Shown here one piece after another: positions 11,501 through 21,333 of a stretch of 32,956 bases of DNA; within the stretch, counting starts at the first letter, position 1; each line of letters starts with the position of its first letter. Under the pieces are notes generated by a model, which searched no databases, had not been told where the DNA came from, and was given only the letters and a program-made list of their open reading frames with translations. The stretch is taken from contig JAQGDQ010000938.1 in assembly GCA_030141605.1 (NCBI GenBank), positions 46,087 to 79,042 on the forward strand, given 5' to 3'. A program made the translations under genes and the position numbers. The stretch comes from Tubiluchus corallicola. Lineage: Eukaryota > Animalia > Priapulida.

Positions 11501-14500
11501 ACTTCCCAATTTTGTTAAGTCGTAATTAAATGCTGAAATGTTGGCAGCATAAATTTTTATTGACCTAGATAGCTTTTTGTGTAAATTTTAGAAAATGTTA
11601 CTGCCTAAAATTTTTACTGTCTCAATTTTTTACTGTCTTCATGTAGTTTTAATTTTTCTTGTACCAATACCTCTGGTGGCATCCAAAAGATTTTAAGAAG
11701 TACATATTATTACCATGTTATCGCTCATATACATTATGTTTGATATCGGTTTACGAGCTTTAAGCTCATGTTTCTACAAATATGTACTGTTTATATCATA
11801 CCAATGAAAATAAATATTATCTTATCTTATCTTATCTTATCTTATCTTATCTTATCTTATCTTATCTTATCTTATCTTATCGTACCTTACCTTACCTTAT
11901 CTTATCTTATCTTATCTTACCTTACCTTACCTTACCTTACCTTACCTTACCTTACCTTACCTTACCTTACCTTACCTTACCTTACCTTACCTTACCTTAC
12001 CTTACCTTACCTTACCTTACCTTACCTTACCTTACCTTACCTTACCTTATCTTATCTTATCTTAATAAAACTTAACACTTGGTGTTTCATCAATTTTAAG
12101 AATTCATCAATATTACATCATAAAGTAAAACCTCCGTCAACTACAACAGCCTAAATTTTGACATTTAGTACATAAGCAACAACACCAGCATAATGTTCAT
12201 TTTCAAAATCTCATTGACAAAAACATACAATGAGTCGCGTTGAAATTGTTAGCATTTTCCGATTTTGCAAACTATCTAAGTGAGAAGCTGATTCAAAAAA
12301 AGTTGGCAGTGTGCCAATGAGTTACAACGTACCTGCAATGGTCCCAAATGTTGTTGAATTTGGAACATGTAGAAAGCTTTAAAGAATGCCTGAACAGTAG
12401 ATAATGCAAAGAACGCTTCTCCAATTAAAGCTGGATCGTACCTGTAATAACAAAAGCTCATCAAAAATATTATGGCAATTAATGATATGAAAAATCGATG
12501 AATTTTGATCCGAATGTTCCAGACGACAATTTGTACTGGAGAACGTTAAGAGAAATGCATTACAATAACAGCTTAATAAAAACTGATTTCTAGCATTACT
12601 GTCTTTCGTAATAAAAAACCTTCCCAATTTCAATATTAAATACTGTTCCTATACTGCAAAATAGGCTGAGAAATAATCAACTAAAGTTCTCAAAACACCG
12701 TCATATCTGTCTTGAAAGGCCTCAGTAAAAAGAACTGTGGAAAACGCTTAAATTTACCACTCTAAACATAAAATCGAGCCGAAGCGGTTTCAGCGTCATG
12801 TCGAAAACCCTTAATTTTATTACGATGAATAATTGATTTTTATTCTGCGAAAATATTTTATCTGATTTTAACAATTTAATTGAACGTTTTTAACTTTATG
12901 TAAAGTTTGAATTTTGTAAAAATAGGCAGGAGAGCAAAACTTGGGCGACTGAATGCCCCGAATTCACTTACTTTCGCATTTTCGATGCAAAGAAATACTT
13001 AATTGAGTTTAATTTGTAGCAATTTTCTAAATGTTTGTACTTTTGCTTTTAAATCGAAAACAAGAACAAGTTTAATAAAATATGCGCATAATTATTGATG
13101 AATATTACATTTTCACAATGACGATGAAACAAGAGTAATTAGTACGTGTTTAGTGATAAAGGTTTACTGGTCTATTATAAGAGACCTATTTTAGTAAAGA
13201 AAAAAATGACAATATGACTAAATTACGACATGATTACATTTTAAGTCTAATACAAAAAGACTACACATACCTATGATACTGTGTTCATGGTCATCCTCAA
13301 TAATGAGCAAATGAGCAACGTAGCGATGGTCAGCGCTATGTGACTCCTGGCTAGCTAGGCCTTTGGCACAGAATTACTATATATAGATCTATTAAAGAAG
13401 CCTAATACAGCTCATTACATGGCCAGTTTGGCACGGTGCCAACTATACTATGAACTTTAATGACAATTACGTGGGTAATTGATGAAGATGATTATGTTTG
13501 CTTTCAAGAACCAGTTTGCAAGGACAAATCCATGCAAACGAGTAAAAAACACTTTAACTCGAGGTAAGCCAACAAGAACTAAGAGTGAGCGAAATTCGGT
13601 AAATGTTATCAAACCACACTCTGCTTGCTGTACCGTGACTTAAACTCTCAAATGTTAGTGAAATAAGCTGTCGACTTACTCATGCCAGTACTTTCGTTCA
13701 AGCAGTTGATTGCCATGCCATTTTACATCTAGGTATGACCACAGCCACATTAAAAAATTAGCTAGAAAGCAAGTAGTCATAGTCACTTCATACCTAGAAA
13801 CAGTAAATCGTGAAAAATTCATCCCATTACCAGGGGGCGGGGCTGGATATAAAACATTCCTGTCAGTTTATAATATCTAATTTTACATAATTCCCCTATC
13901 ATCACAAAAACAATAAAGTATTAATTGTTGTTGGCATTCTTCTGTCTCGGAAGACAATGGAGTGTGCGCCAAGAGAGTCAGTTATTGATCACATTGACGG
14001 AGCCACAGCGTCCGATCCTTGAACCACTTGGAGTGGCGCATACCTGGGCAAGGTGTATGGAGATCCCGAGTTGCCCAGACAACAGGAACCCCCTCTCTTC
14101 CTCACTGGTGTAGTCCAAAGGAAAGCGGAGCGATACGTTTGGCACCAGGTTGGCTGCAGGAGCTGCTGGAGTCAGTGAGGATGCTGCACTGGTCTGTCTT
14201 CGGGGCTCCACTCCTGATTTGGAAGGTTTACTCCTCTACACATGGTCACTTGACCTCCTCCACCCTCTAGCCGTTGGCTGCTTGTGCAGCTCCTTCGCCT
14301 TGTGTCGAGATACAGTGTGGGCATCCCGCAAGCCTACTGCACCTGGTATTCCTAGGTGGTCACCCATCCAAAAACTAACCAGGCTCTAAGTTGCTTAACT
14401 TTGATGATCAGACGAGGACCGGTGTTTTCAACGTGATATGGCCGTAAAGTATGCCGATAATCGATAAAATGCAAAATGTCCCAAGAAATGTAGCTAAAGA

Positions 14501-15596
14501 TCAAAAGGTACCAAATTCAAATTCAAATTCAACACATATTTGTTCCGTCTTTATTTTTTTAAAGAATCCATGAATTATGTAAGCTTTGCAAGTAGTTTTG
14601 AAACTTTACAACCCTGCTAGCATGAGCGAATATGCCTCAACACACATGCTGAGTGAGGAGAATAGTTAATTGGTAATCGAATAGCTGCAAAGTTAAGCAA
14701 CTCCAATCTTGGTAAGCAAATGGATGAGTGAGCAGGAAAATCATACGGTTGATTTCATTTGCTACATATTATTTTTGGCTGTTTATGTTACTGAAGAAGG
14801 AAACATGGATAACGGATAACTAAGACATATTTACTGGTTCAGTATGATCTAATATGAGAAGCCAACTTTTTTTGTAATCTCGCATTATTTCAATTTATTT
14901 CGAATACATTATTATTATTATTATATTATATTCTTGATATTATTTATATCATTATATATTATATAATATTATTATATTATTCTATTTATATTATTTTTGA
15001 ACTTGCATGCATTCATTAAAGCATTGTCGAAGATTAAGAGATATTTCAGGGGGAATACAGCAGTTAGCTAAAATACAGTTTCCAACTTGTGCAATTCAAC
15101 GTGCAGTGAAAGCTTCATGAATGCTTAATCTTTGCAGGTCCAGATAAAAAATATTTCTAGATTTGAATACATTGTCAGTTTTGGGAGTAAAGGAGTCTCT
15201 TTCGAGGCACTTCAATGGATACAGAATTTAGAAACTAATCCTTTCAAAAATGAGTTAAACAAGGAAGCTGTATCTATAAAACCTACTTTGAAAAATTTTT
15301 CAATGCACGAAAAAAATGTTAGCACAATTTCCGGCTTAATTAAAAACAAGGCACTTGACAATTAATGTAGCTTTTTTATTCATTCATTTAACATTCATAT
15401 TTATACTAAAATATTGCAACATACCAGTTCCACATTGATTTAAAATACTTTTTTCTGCCCATATGATACAAGCGCTCCATGTCGTTAAAGATAAAACCGA
15501 ATACCCAGAAAATTAATGGATATTCCAAACCTGCAAATATCATTTAACACACTAAGATTTAATATACAGTTATTTAATACCAAACCAACTTCAAGC

Positions 15597-15628
<32 letters not shown>

Positions 15629-18600
15629 AGCAGTACTGAATACAAACAATACCATAAACAGTGTTTGAACAAAAAAAGTTACCATGTTTACTTCATAAGA
15701 GTTCCATTTGCATAAAACATTCCATTTCATAGAATATATTTAATGTTGCAGGATTGAGAATCTTATGCCATCATGAATTTGCTTATTCACTAATATATGG
15801 CTTGCCCTGCATGGTAAGCATAAAATAATCGAAGTACCGCCTGTCATTCAGTGCACAATAAGACATAACTTATGAAACCGACCAGACGGTTTAGTCTAGT
15901 GGTAATGCGTCTGCTTTCCGTCTGGGAGGTCATGAGTTCGAACTAGCGGCTGGGTCGTACCGAAGACTTTAAAAATGGTGCCTGCTTTGCCCTGCATGAC
16001 GCGTGATATCTAGGGTAATAATAGTCTCTGTTATGTAGTTGTAGGTTGTTATTTACAGTCGGCGATAATAGCTGTTTGAGCTAATCTTAATTGTTGACCC
16101 AAAAGCTGACTTTAAATAAATATTATTATTATTATTATTATTATTATTAGTAATGTGAAAATAGCAACGGCAAGTTATCTTGTCTAAAAGTGATATAAAA
16201 AAAAACAGCTAGTTCTAAAACCCAAGTATAGTGTGATAGTAACTTGAAATCACTAACTTAAATTCAATAGTGACTTTTGGTGAAATTTACTCAACATACC
16301 CGTATCAGGAGGTCCGCGTGAGTAGCCGGTATGATACAACTGAGACTCCAGAAACAGTAAAATCAAGAACATCACATACGATGAAACATTACTGATAAAC
16401 TTGGCTATAGGCGATCGCCAGCCTTTCACGAATTTGTTGCGGGGAGCAATCCAGTACATGACTGCCATCAGCGGTAGAAATAAAACCTGGAAGACGATAA
16501 GATCGAGTTCTGTTAATAAATTACTCGGAGCTCCTGGCACATTGCCAGTTTACAATCTCATAGTACTGTGGCAAATATACAGATCTTTTAAATATAAATG
16601 TGAACATAAAGTCCACCTCAAATTTCAGAGAATTTGCTACAAGGAAACATTCATGCACAAAAATTATGAAAATGACAATACTGCCAAACTACAGCCAACT
16701 AATTGCAGATCTTAATCAACAGAAATATGAATTGTATGAAGTGACATATCAAATTAACCCTTTCATACCCGTTGCATCCCGTGGGATAAGAGAATATTTT
16801 CTGCCTTTAAAATTAATAAAATTTTAAAACTGACAGTTATTTGATCTGTTAATAGTTATTTTGATTTAAGCCAATAACAATAGACTAAAAATAGTGATAA
16901 AATGGCAAACTAGAAAATCTACATAGATTAAAAAAACTGCGCAAGGTACAGCACTTTAGAGACGACTTTGTACAGATCAGCATAGCATGCATACTAAATG
17001 TCTTAAACAAAGATGCACATACTGAACAAAAGTACCAAGCCAAAAAATTTTTTCTTATTAAAAAATAATTTGGGACTGAAAGGGTTATAGTGCAAGAGCA
17101 TCCGATCATTGGTACTGTCAGGGACATGAAAAATTACACAATGGAGGATAGTTTAAAAAAGAGAAAAATTACAACATAATTAGGCAACAGAATTACAGAA
17201 TAACAAAACAAGGGAAAAGCTTTTTTATTCTATAAGTTGAGTACCGTTGTGGGTAAACTTTAACAGTTTTATTTTAGTAAGATAAGCTCAGTATGTGTAG
17301 TACAAGCTGCTATTGCAAAGCAGGTATTACCCAGTTTTGTTCTGCTCTTGTGCAAATGCTGTATCACTGTCACCGTGCTATGTAAAAGAAAGCAAGAACA
17401 AACCACTAGGTTTTACTTGTAAGCAGTTAATCTTATTACATACATGGCCGAAAAATTCAAGGCATATTTATTGAAAAAGATGTGCTTTCAAAAATGGACC
17501 ACACTGTAGCGTAGTACATTAGTTTATGCAACAAGCGCAATTCAAAAAATCTTTTTTGGCAAACAATAGCAGCAGCAATATAAAAAAAAGAAAAAAACAG
17601 CTAAATTAATTACGATAAATGGGTCGCGAATCACAGTGTTTGGCAATATGCTTGACAGAGTGAGAAAACTCTTGCTAAACGAACTCGCAAGAAGGGTAAA
17701 CCTCTCGGACTCTCCAGCCATGACTAGGAAAACTACATGTCAAAACATGAAAATATATGAAGAATACCTGAGGAATGATACGGATTACTTTATGCGTGTA
17801 TGGTAGAGACTTCCAATCTCCCCAGTCGCCTAACCAGCTCATGTAAAGAACTTGTTGACAGTTGGGATGTGCCACAAACTGCAAAAAACATCTACAATTA
17901 CAAACACCATCTCATACAAAATAAAATTACTGAAATTTATATTTCAATAAAGTACTTGTAGAACAGCTGTTAACAACAGTAAATACGATTAAAATTTCAA
18001 TAATATTAAAGAAATTAAATTCTCACCTATAAAGTTCAAATGTCTATATTTTTTAAAATATTCACAAAAAAAACGCGCAATTGCACGCTGATTGACTAAT
18101 TGAGTGCAGAGCTAGGTAATAAATTTAATGATTTAATCTTTTTATAGGCTAACGTATTATCTGATAAATGCATATGTTTATATCACAGTTCCTGATTTGC
18201 AAATGTTATGTGCCGTTTCATTCACAAACCTAGAATTACTCTGATGAGAGTTGAATCTTAATTAGTTCACATAGCACAGCAATGTAAAGACAAGTTTGGG
18301 TATTTCTAAAATCAACAATCAGATAAGAAAAGTTTGTTAATGTAGACCATATTTTACCATTTTCTGCTCAGTATCAAAGGCAATAAGAATACGAGGAAAG
18401 ACGGCTCTCTTGGCACCTTTACCGACCCCTTCGGTTTGATTCAACAGCAGCATAATTTCTTCCGTGGTTCGACACAAGTCCAGCAAATCAGTGGGAAACA
18501 TTTTCAGTTTTTCAGCGAGGTTCAAGTACTCGACCTAAAGATAAAAACCACGTAGTGTAGTTTGTAAATTGGCTACACAATTAAAGCTGTAATGTTTCTT

Positions 18601-21333
18601 CATAGCAAAAAATACATGATATATGCTGTATTGTCCAGTACAAACTATTTGTTAGCACTAAGTGCTTTTACAAGTTCAGAACAAGCTGTATAGCAAGTTA
18701 AAAAATAACACAGATTTGCAAAACACTCACTTACAGTTCATTATACAAAAAGTTAATTTGCTCAAATGCAAGGGAAAGGTAAGTGGCAAAAGTCAGACAT
18801 CCACTAAAGCAACTAGGGATGCACCAGATCCACTTTTGCTGGTTTCTGGATCGGATCCAGATCTTTATTCTGGATCCGCATCTACATATTAACATAAATG
18901 ATATTTTGTTTGTTTAGCCTTATGTTCGTCTGGTTGCATTGCCTGTTAATTTTTATGGTAACTGAGTAATTCTAAATGGAAACTCTGCTAACGTTGATGT
19001 ATTATAACTTTGAATATATGAATTAGCTTAAATTAGTTTAAATTAAAAAAACCACGAAACTATGATTTTACTGGAAGTAAACGGCTCTAATCTTTTAACA
19101 GACATTTTTGCAGCAACAGCGCTATCTTTTGCGCTGTTCACTTCAATGAACCACAGTGTTAAGATTACTGGTATTGCTTGTGCTACAAGCATGGCAGCAT
19201 AAAAACTAAGCGACTTTAGTAAATTTCTGAAGATTTTAAGAGAAATCCTTCAAATTTTTTTACAAAAATAATAAATAATCGGGTAATTAAACTGTTTTGT
19301 ATATTTTTTTACGCGCTCTAATTTTTTTTCATTATCGGTGCCCAATTGGTAATTTTACACATTGAAAAATAGAAATAAAAACAGTACAAAATACGCTGTG
19401 AATTTCTGCCGGATCTCGATCGTTTCCGGTCACATTAAAAGTAGCGGATATCGGGATCCGGATCCGGTACATCCCTAACAGCAGCAATTACAATTTTACA
19501 ACAAATACCTGAAACTCCTTCGCTGCATCGGCGCAGGTTTCTAATTCAGCGCTAAGTCGGAAAGCGGATAGGATGGGATCAGAGGATAACTGGCTAAGAT
19601 AGGCTGGGCTTGCCATGGCTCGGTACGTATTGATTCTTCTAAGGGAGGTGCTCAAGTTCTCTTTTTTCTTAAGATTCTTACAGAGTTCCTTACAAGTGCC
19701 TAATATCACATGCAATTGATTATAAGTTATCAACCAAAACAACTAAATAAGATAATAAATACATTTATGTAAGTAAATCAGTAATTTTTAGACAAAACAA
19801 AACGTTGAATGCTACATAAAATAAGAACGACTATCTAACTGCACCTGGTTAATGCAACAATTATGGACTTGACATCACTAATAGAATTCTCTTACCTCAC
19901 AAATAATATGGAACAAATTTAAAAAAACAAAAGCAATAGTGTAATGTTCAATAAAAGCACCTACGTAACTTTCACAGTCTTTACTATAGTGTATAGTCTA
20001 TTATATTATAAAACGTATATTCTATTATATGATAAACATACAATCAGGCTTGTGTGGCACTCTGATCGTGTGACCACGTTCTATTAGCAGCTTGATGATG
20101 TCATAATCATCGCACTGTGCAGCTAAAATGAGAGGTGTGACGTCATTGGTGAATTCGGCAGAGTTGGGACAACCCCTGTACTCAGTTTCTGGGTGTATTT
20201 CCCTAAAATAATCCGAATAAAGGAAAAATTAACTTACATCCCAAAAGTGACTTGCTAGGAATGCAAACTTTATAATAGAAATGTGTAGTGTGTGGACGCT
20301 TGTATTACATCTTAATGAAAAAAGCAAAATTAGCATAAAGTTTTCTCGATTATAAGTAAATTTTTTACAAAACAGGCTTAAAAAATTTGCAGATCAAGGG
20401 CGGACTTACTGAAGTTTATTTAACAACAGCAAAAGTATCTCAAGATTGCCGACTTTGATCGCGTGTAGATGAGTGTCTGCTACGTGAACACCTCGTCGCA
20501 AAAGAAGTTCCACCATTTCGTAGTCGCCATTATACACAGCTAAATGCAGCGGAGAATTGCTCTCATAGTCTTGACAGTTGACATTAAAATGTGGATGGAC
20601 CTATAAATAAAAATTAAAAATACTTTTTGGCTAAACATTTACTAACTAGCATCATGATAACAATTCATGATGCTCATTTAGGTTTACCCTGAAATAAAGC
20701 AACTGAAGCATTGAACCATTGTGAAATAACAGTGAACTGTAGACAGAAAAATAGAAAGTTCTTCATTTTGGCATTTATTAAGCTCACAGTTATAAGGGTG
20801 AAATATTCAATTATTTACTTGAAGAAACTCTATCACAGTTGATTCGTCCCCAGACTGCACCCGATCAAAGAATTCTTTCTCTGTTTCTTCTAACTGCGGA
20901 AGCAGCGTAAAACTTGGTCTATGTCTGAAACGGCAAAAATGAATCCATGTTCAAACAAATGTTTTTGAAGGGTGCAAAACTGTCTTTTGGGCAGAAAAGC
21001 TGTTTATTAATTCATTTATTTATCTATCTACATATTTATTTACCGTCAAAACTGGACTAGATGAACAACGAGTATAAAAAATTACTTATCAATGAATGAT
21101 ATTTGCTGAGTGTTTTTATATTATCAAGTAAAACATATGTAAGGAGTGTATAAATTTCATCCGCACCTTGACGTGTACGATGGATGCAAGTGCGGATCGT
21201 CACTCCTAGATCGCACATTCCTTGCATGTCTTGATGCTCTGGATAATGTTTCATTTTCATCAGCAACATCCTCTTCACCACTAGGTATCCTAGTATAAGT
21301 GGGGCCACCTATGCTTTTTCCAGGACGAGCCAT
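2322..21333 (-). CDS. TRPC: TRPC-family (short transient receptor potential) cation channel, 16 coding exons, 831 aa: complement(join(2322..2549,5682..5933,8583..8683,9483..9613,11095..11258,12333..12441,13680..13793,15425..15530,16300..16486,17768..17878,18358..18534,19509..19699,20042..20202,20410..20600,20819..20924,21167..21333))
   Basis: Manual splicing gives one open frame of 2496 nt with GT-AG at all 15 introns and matching phases. TRPC hallmarks occur in the expected order: ankyrin repeats ([18 protein letters not shown]), [106 protein letters not shown]. The symbol names the family only; exact orthology is unresolved. Confidence 0.95.
3000..3938. mobile_element. Degenerate non-autonomous hAT (Charlie-like) element
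   Basis: Left end CAGGGGTGTGCAAA…GGGCCACA…GCGGGCCGCA is typical of hAT-Charlie termini. A decayed right-end-like string (…GGATCGCATGGCCGTACTTT…) lies at ~3909-3928. No matching TSD found and the right boundary is approximate. Confidence 0.5.
3474..3632. repeat. Long inverted repeat (63-bp arms 3474-3536 and 3570-3632, 33-bp AT loop)
   Basis: The arms are reverse complements with 7 mismatches and no gaps. Confidence 0.93.
3966..5620. repeat. Minisatellite, 36-bp unit x 46, in the last TRPC intron
   Basis: Unit CCATCCATAGATCAAGCATCTTTCTACACCTGTGAG in near-identical copies; it accounts for the 12-aa periodic ORFs 3928..5676 and 3954..5651. Confidence 0.98.
5682..5933 (-). CDS. TRPC: TRPC coding exon 15 (TRP domain: [35 protein letters not shown]…LASYQ)
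   Basis: Overlaps ORF 5673..5921; ttttag| acceptor, |gtaatg donor; TRP box 1 and box 2 present. Confidence 0.96.
6829..7363. mobile_element. Tc1/mariner superfamily (Tigger/pogo-like) MITE
   Basis: TA|CAGTCATACCTC … GAGGTATGA(GTATGA)CTG|TA: TA target duplication, CAGT termini, subterminal TTCTCG/TTTTCG-type repeats, no transposase ORF. Confidence 0.85.
7495..8077. mobile_element. Unclassified MITE with ~26-bp TIRs and TCAAATGT subterminal repeats
   Basis: TATAGGTTTTACATGTCAAAAGTAGA at the left end pairs with TCTACATTTGACGTGTAAAACCTATA at the right (2 mismatches); CAAATGT recurs about 7 times in 7530-7695. Confidence 0.75.
8583..8683 (-). CDS. TRPC: TRPC coding exon 14 (S6: [33 protein letters not shown])
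   Basis: Inside ORF 8532..8783; ttttag| acceptor, |gtatgt donor; LNMLIAMM gate motif. Confidence 0.96.
9483..9613 (-). CDS. TRPC: TRPC coding exon 13 (pore: [43 protein letters not shown])
   Basis: tgtag| acceptor, |gtaac donor; LYWSIF corresponds to the LFW pore-helix motif. Confidence 0.93.
11095..11258 (-). CDS. TRPC: TRPC coding exon 12 (S4-S5 linker and S5: [35 protein letters not shown]…GSFT)
   Basis: cctag| acceptor, |gtaagt donor; ISL..M..DI..F and SFA.GLN.LY.YY motifs. Confidence 0.94.
11337..12064 (+). mobile_element. 5'-truncated CR1/L2-group LINE 3' end (ORF2 C-terminus, 3' UTR, microsatellite tail)
   Basis: 11349-11525 translates to [48 protein letters not shown]…*, matching the SF.Y.G..LWN.LP…FK…CxCxxC end of CR1-group ORF2; followed by a T-rich UTR, AATAAA at ~11809 and a (TCTTA)n tail. 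Confidence 0.85.
11816..12064. repeat. Compound pentanucleotide microsatellite (TCTTA)n/(CCTTA)n, ~50 units
   Basis: Directly visible; it generates the spurious [10 protein letters not shown] ORFs at 11768 and 11782. Confidence 0.97.
12333..12441 (-). CDS. TRPC: TRPC coding exon 11 (S4: [36 protein letters not shown])
   Basis: Inside ORF 12276..12464; ttacag| acceptor, |gtacg donor; DP.LI.E..FA and HLGPLQ motifs. Confidence 0.95.
13680..13793 (-). CDS. TRPC: TRPC coding exon 10 (S3: [37 protein letters not shown])
   Basis: tttctag| acceptor, |gtaagt donor; phases fit both neighbours; ends in R..W before the DP motif. Confidence 0.9.
13922..14449 (-). mobile_element. 5S rRNA-derived SINE (SINE3 class), ~525 bp
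   Basis: A full-length 5S-like head continues with no oligo-T terminator into a ~400-bp GC-rich body ending in (CAA)3. An 8-bp direct repeat TAAAGTAT at 13914-13921 and 14445-14452 is a candidate TSD. Confidence 0.8.
14330..14449 (-). pseudogene. 5S rRNA-like sequence (SINE head, diverged 5S copy)
   Basis: Minus strand reads ..TACGGCCATATCACGTTGAAAACACCGGTCCTCGTCTGATCATCAAAGTTAAGCAACTTAGAGCCTGGTTAGTTTTTGGATGGGTGACCACCTAGGAATACCAGGTGCAGTAGGCTT, colinear with metazoan 5S rRNA including box A and box C, but with several CpG-type transitions. Confidence 0.9.
14688..14735 (+). pseudogene. Degenerate 5S rRNA fragment (internal control region)
   Basis: AAAGTTAAGCAACT…TGGTAAG….TGGATGAGTGA aligns without gaps to box A through box C of the neighbouring 5S copy, in the opposite orientation. 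Confidence 0.6.
15425..15530 (-). CDS. TRPC: TRPC coding exon 9 (S2: [34 protein letters not shown])
   Basis: tttgcag| acceptor, |gtatg donor; E....WV.G......L...G...Y....WN motif. Confidence 0.93.
15597..15624. repeat. (TA)14 microsatellite
   Basis: Directly visible. Confidence 0.9.
15877..16149 (+). mobile_element. tRNA-derived SINE with a Meta/MESC-like central domain and (ATT)n tail
   Basis: A box TAGTCTAGTGG and B box GAGTTCGAAC, then GGGTCGTACCGAAGACTTTAAAAATGGTGCCTGC (resembles the MetaSINE core as I recall it), ending in AATAAA plus (ATT)9. Confidence 0.8.
16300..16486 (-). CDS. TRPC: TRPC coding exon 8 (pre-S1 elbow and S1: [15 protein letters not shown]…[21 protein letters not shown]…RGPPDT)
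   Basis: Inside ORF 16253..16540; ttccag| acceptor, |gtatg donor; P..KFI....SY..FL.LL and RGPP motifs. Confidence 0.94.
17768..17878 (-). CDS. TRPC: TRPC coding exon 7 ([37 protein letters not shown])
   Basis: FVAHPNCQQ pre-S1 signature; tttgcag| acceptor, |gtatt donor. Confidence 0.95.
18358..18534 (-). CDS. TRPC: TRPC coding exon 6 ([32 protein letters not shown]…[14 protein letters not shown])
   Basis: Overlaps ORF 18337..18525; ctttag| acceptor, |gtaaaa donor. Confidence 0.93.
18814..19477. mobile_element. Non-autonomous hAT MITE
   Basis: TIRs TAGGGATGCACCAGATCC / GGATCCGGTACATCCCTA; 8-bp flanks AAAGCAAC and ACAGCAGC (6/8, decayed TSD); clustered GGATCC/CCGGAT subterminal repeats. Confidence 0.85.
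19509..19699 (-). CDS. TRPC: TRPC coding exon 5 (TRP_2 domain: CTCKELC…[35 protein letters not shown]…EFQ)
   Basis: Inside ORF 19488..19742; tattag| acceptor, |gtatt donor; canonical TRPC motif. Confidence 0.95.
20042..20202 (-). CDS. TRPC: TRPC coding exon 4 (…[40 protein letters not shown])
   Basis: ttttag| acceptor, |gtatg donor; matches the TRPC F..DITP.ILAA....Y.I.K.L..RG..I..PH motif. Confidence 0.94.
20410..20600 (-). CDS. TRPC: TRPC coding exon 3 (ankyrin repeats: [38 protein letters not shown]...)
   Basis: tatag| acceptor, |gtaagt donor; NVNC.D....PLHLA ankyrin consensus. Confidence 0.93.
20819..20924 (-). CDS. TRPC: TRPC coding exon 2 ([35 protein letters not shown]; start of ankyrin region)
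   Basis: tttcag| acceptor, |gtaaat donor; resembles the TRPC 'L..EK.F..AVE.GD' first ankyrin helix. Confidence 0.88.
21167..21333 (-). CDS. TRPC: TRPC coding exon 1 (N-terminus [55 protein letters not shown])
   Basis: ATG at 21333 has an in-frame TGA just upstream and a candidate acceptor AG 20 nt upstream (exon start 21353). The donor AAG|GTGCGG is phase 2, which matches the next exon. No conserved motif, so support is phase logic only. Confidence 0.7.

Noticed and set aside
11881-12050. Interstitial telomeric repeat
   Set aside because: The motif is (CCTTA)n = (TAAGG)n, not (CCTAA)n/TTAGG or TTAGGG, and it derives from the adjoining TCTTA LINE tail.
11768-12154. ORFs 11768..12154 and 11782..12075
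   Set aside because: Translations of the pentanucleotide microsatellite.
12700-13190. Possible TIR element (…CAGTAAA / TTTACTG…)
   Set aside because: The inverted match is too short and degenerate, and no TSD was identified.
13925-14389. Four overlapping short ORFs
   Set aside because: They fall in the GC-rich SINE body, where stop codons are rare; no recognisable protein motif.
14330-14449. Functional 5S rRNA gene
   Set aside because: Single intronic copy, stem-disrupting substitutions, no oligo-T terminator, fused to a SINE-like body.
15885-15960. Functional tRNA gene
   Set aside because: A and B boxes are present but there is no convincing acceptor stem, and it continues into a SINE core and (ATT)n tail.
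21044-21308. ORF 21057..21308 or the donor at 21043 as the first TRPC exon
   Set aside because: The ORF is in a different frame from the phase-compatible exon, and the 21043 donor puts a TGA in frame with exon 2.
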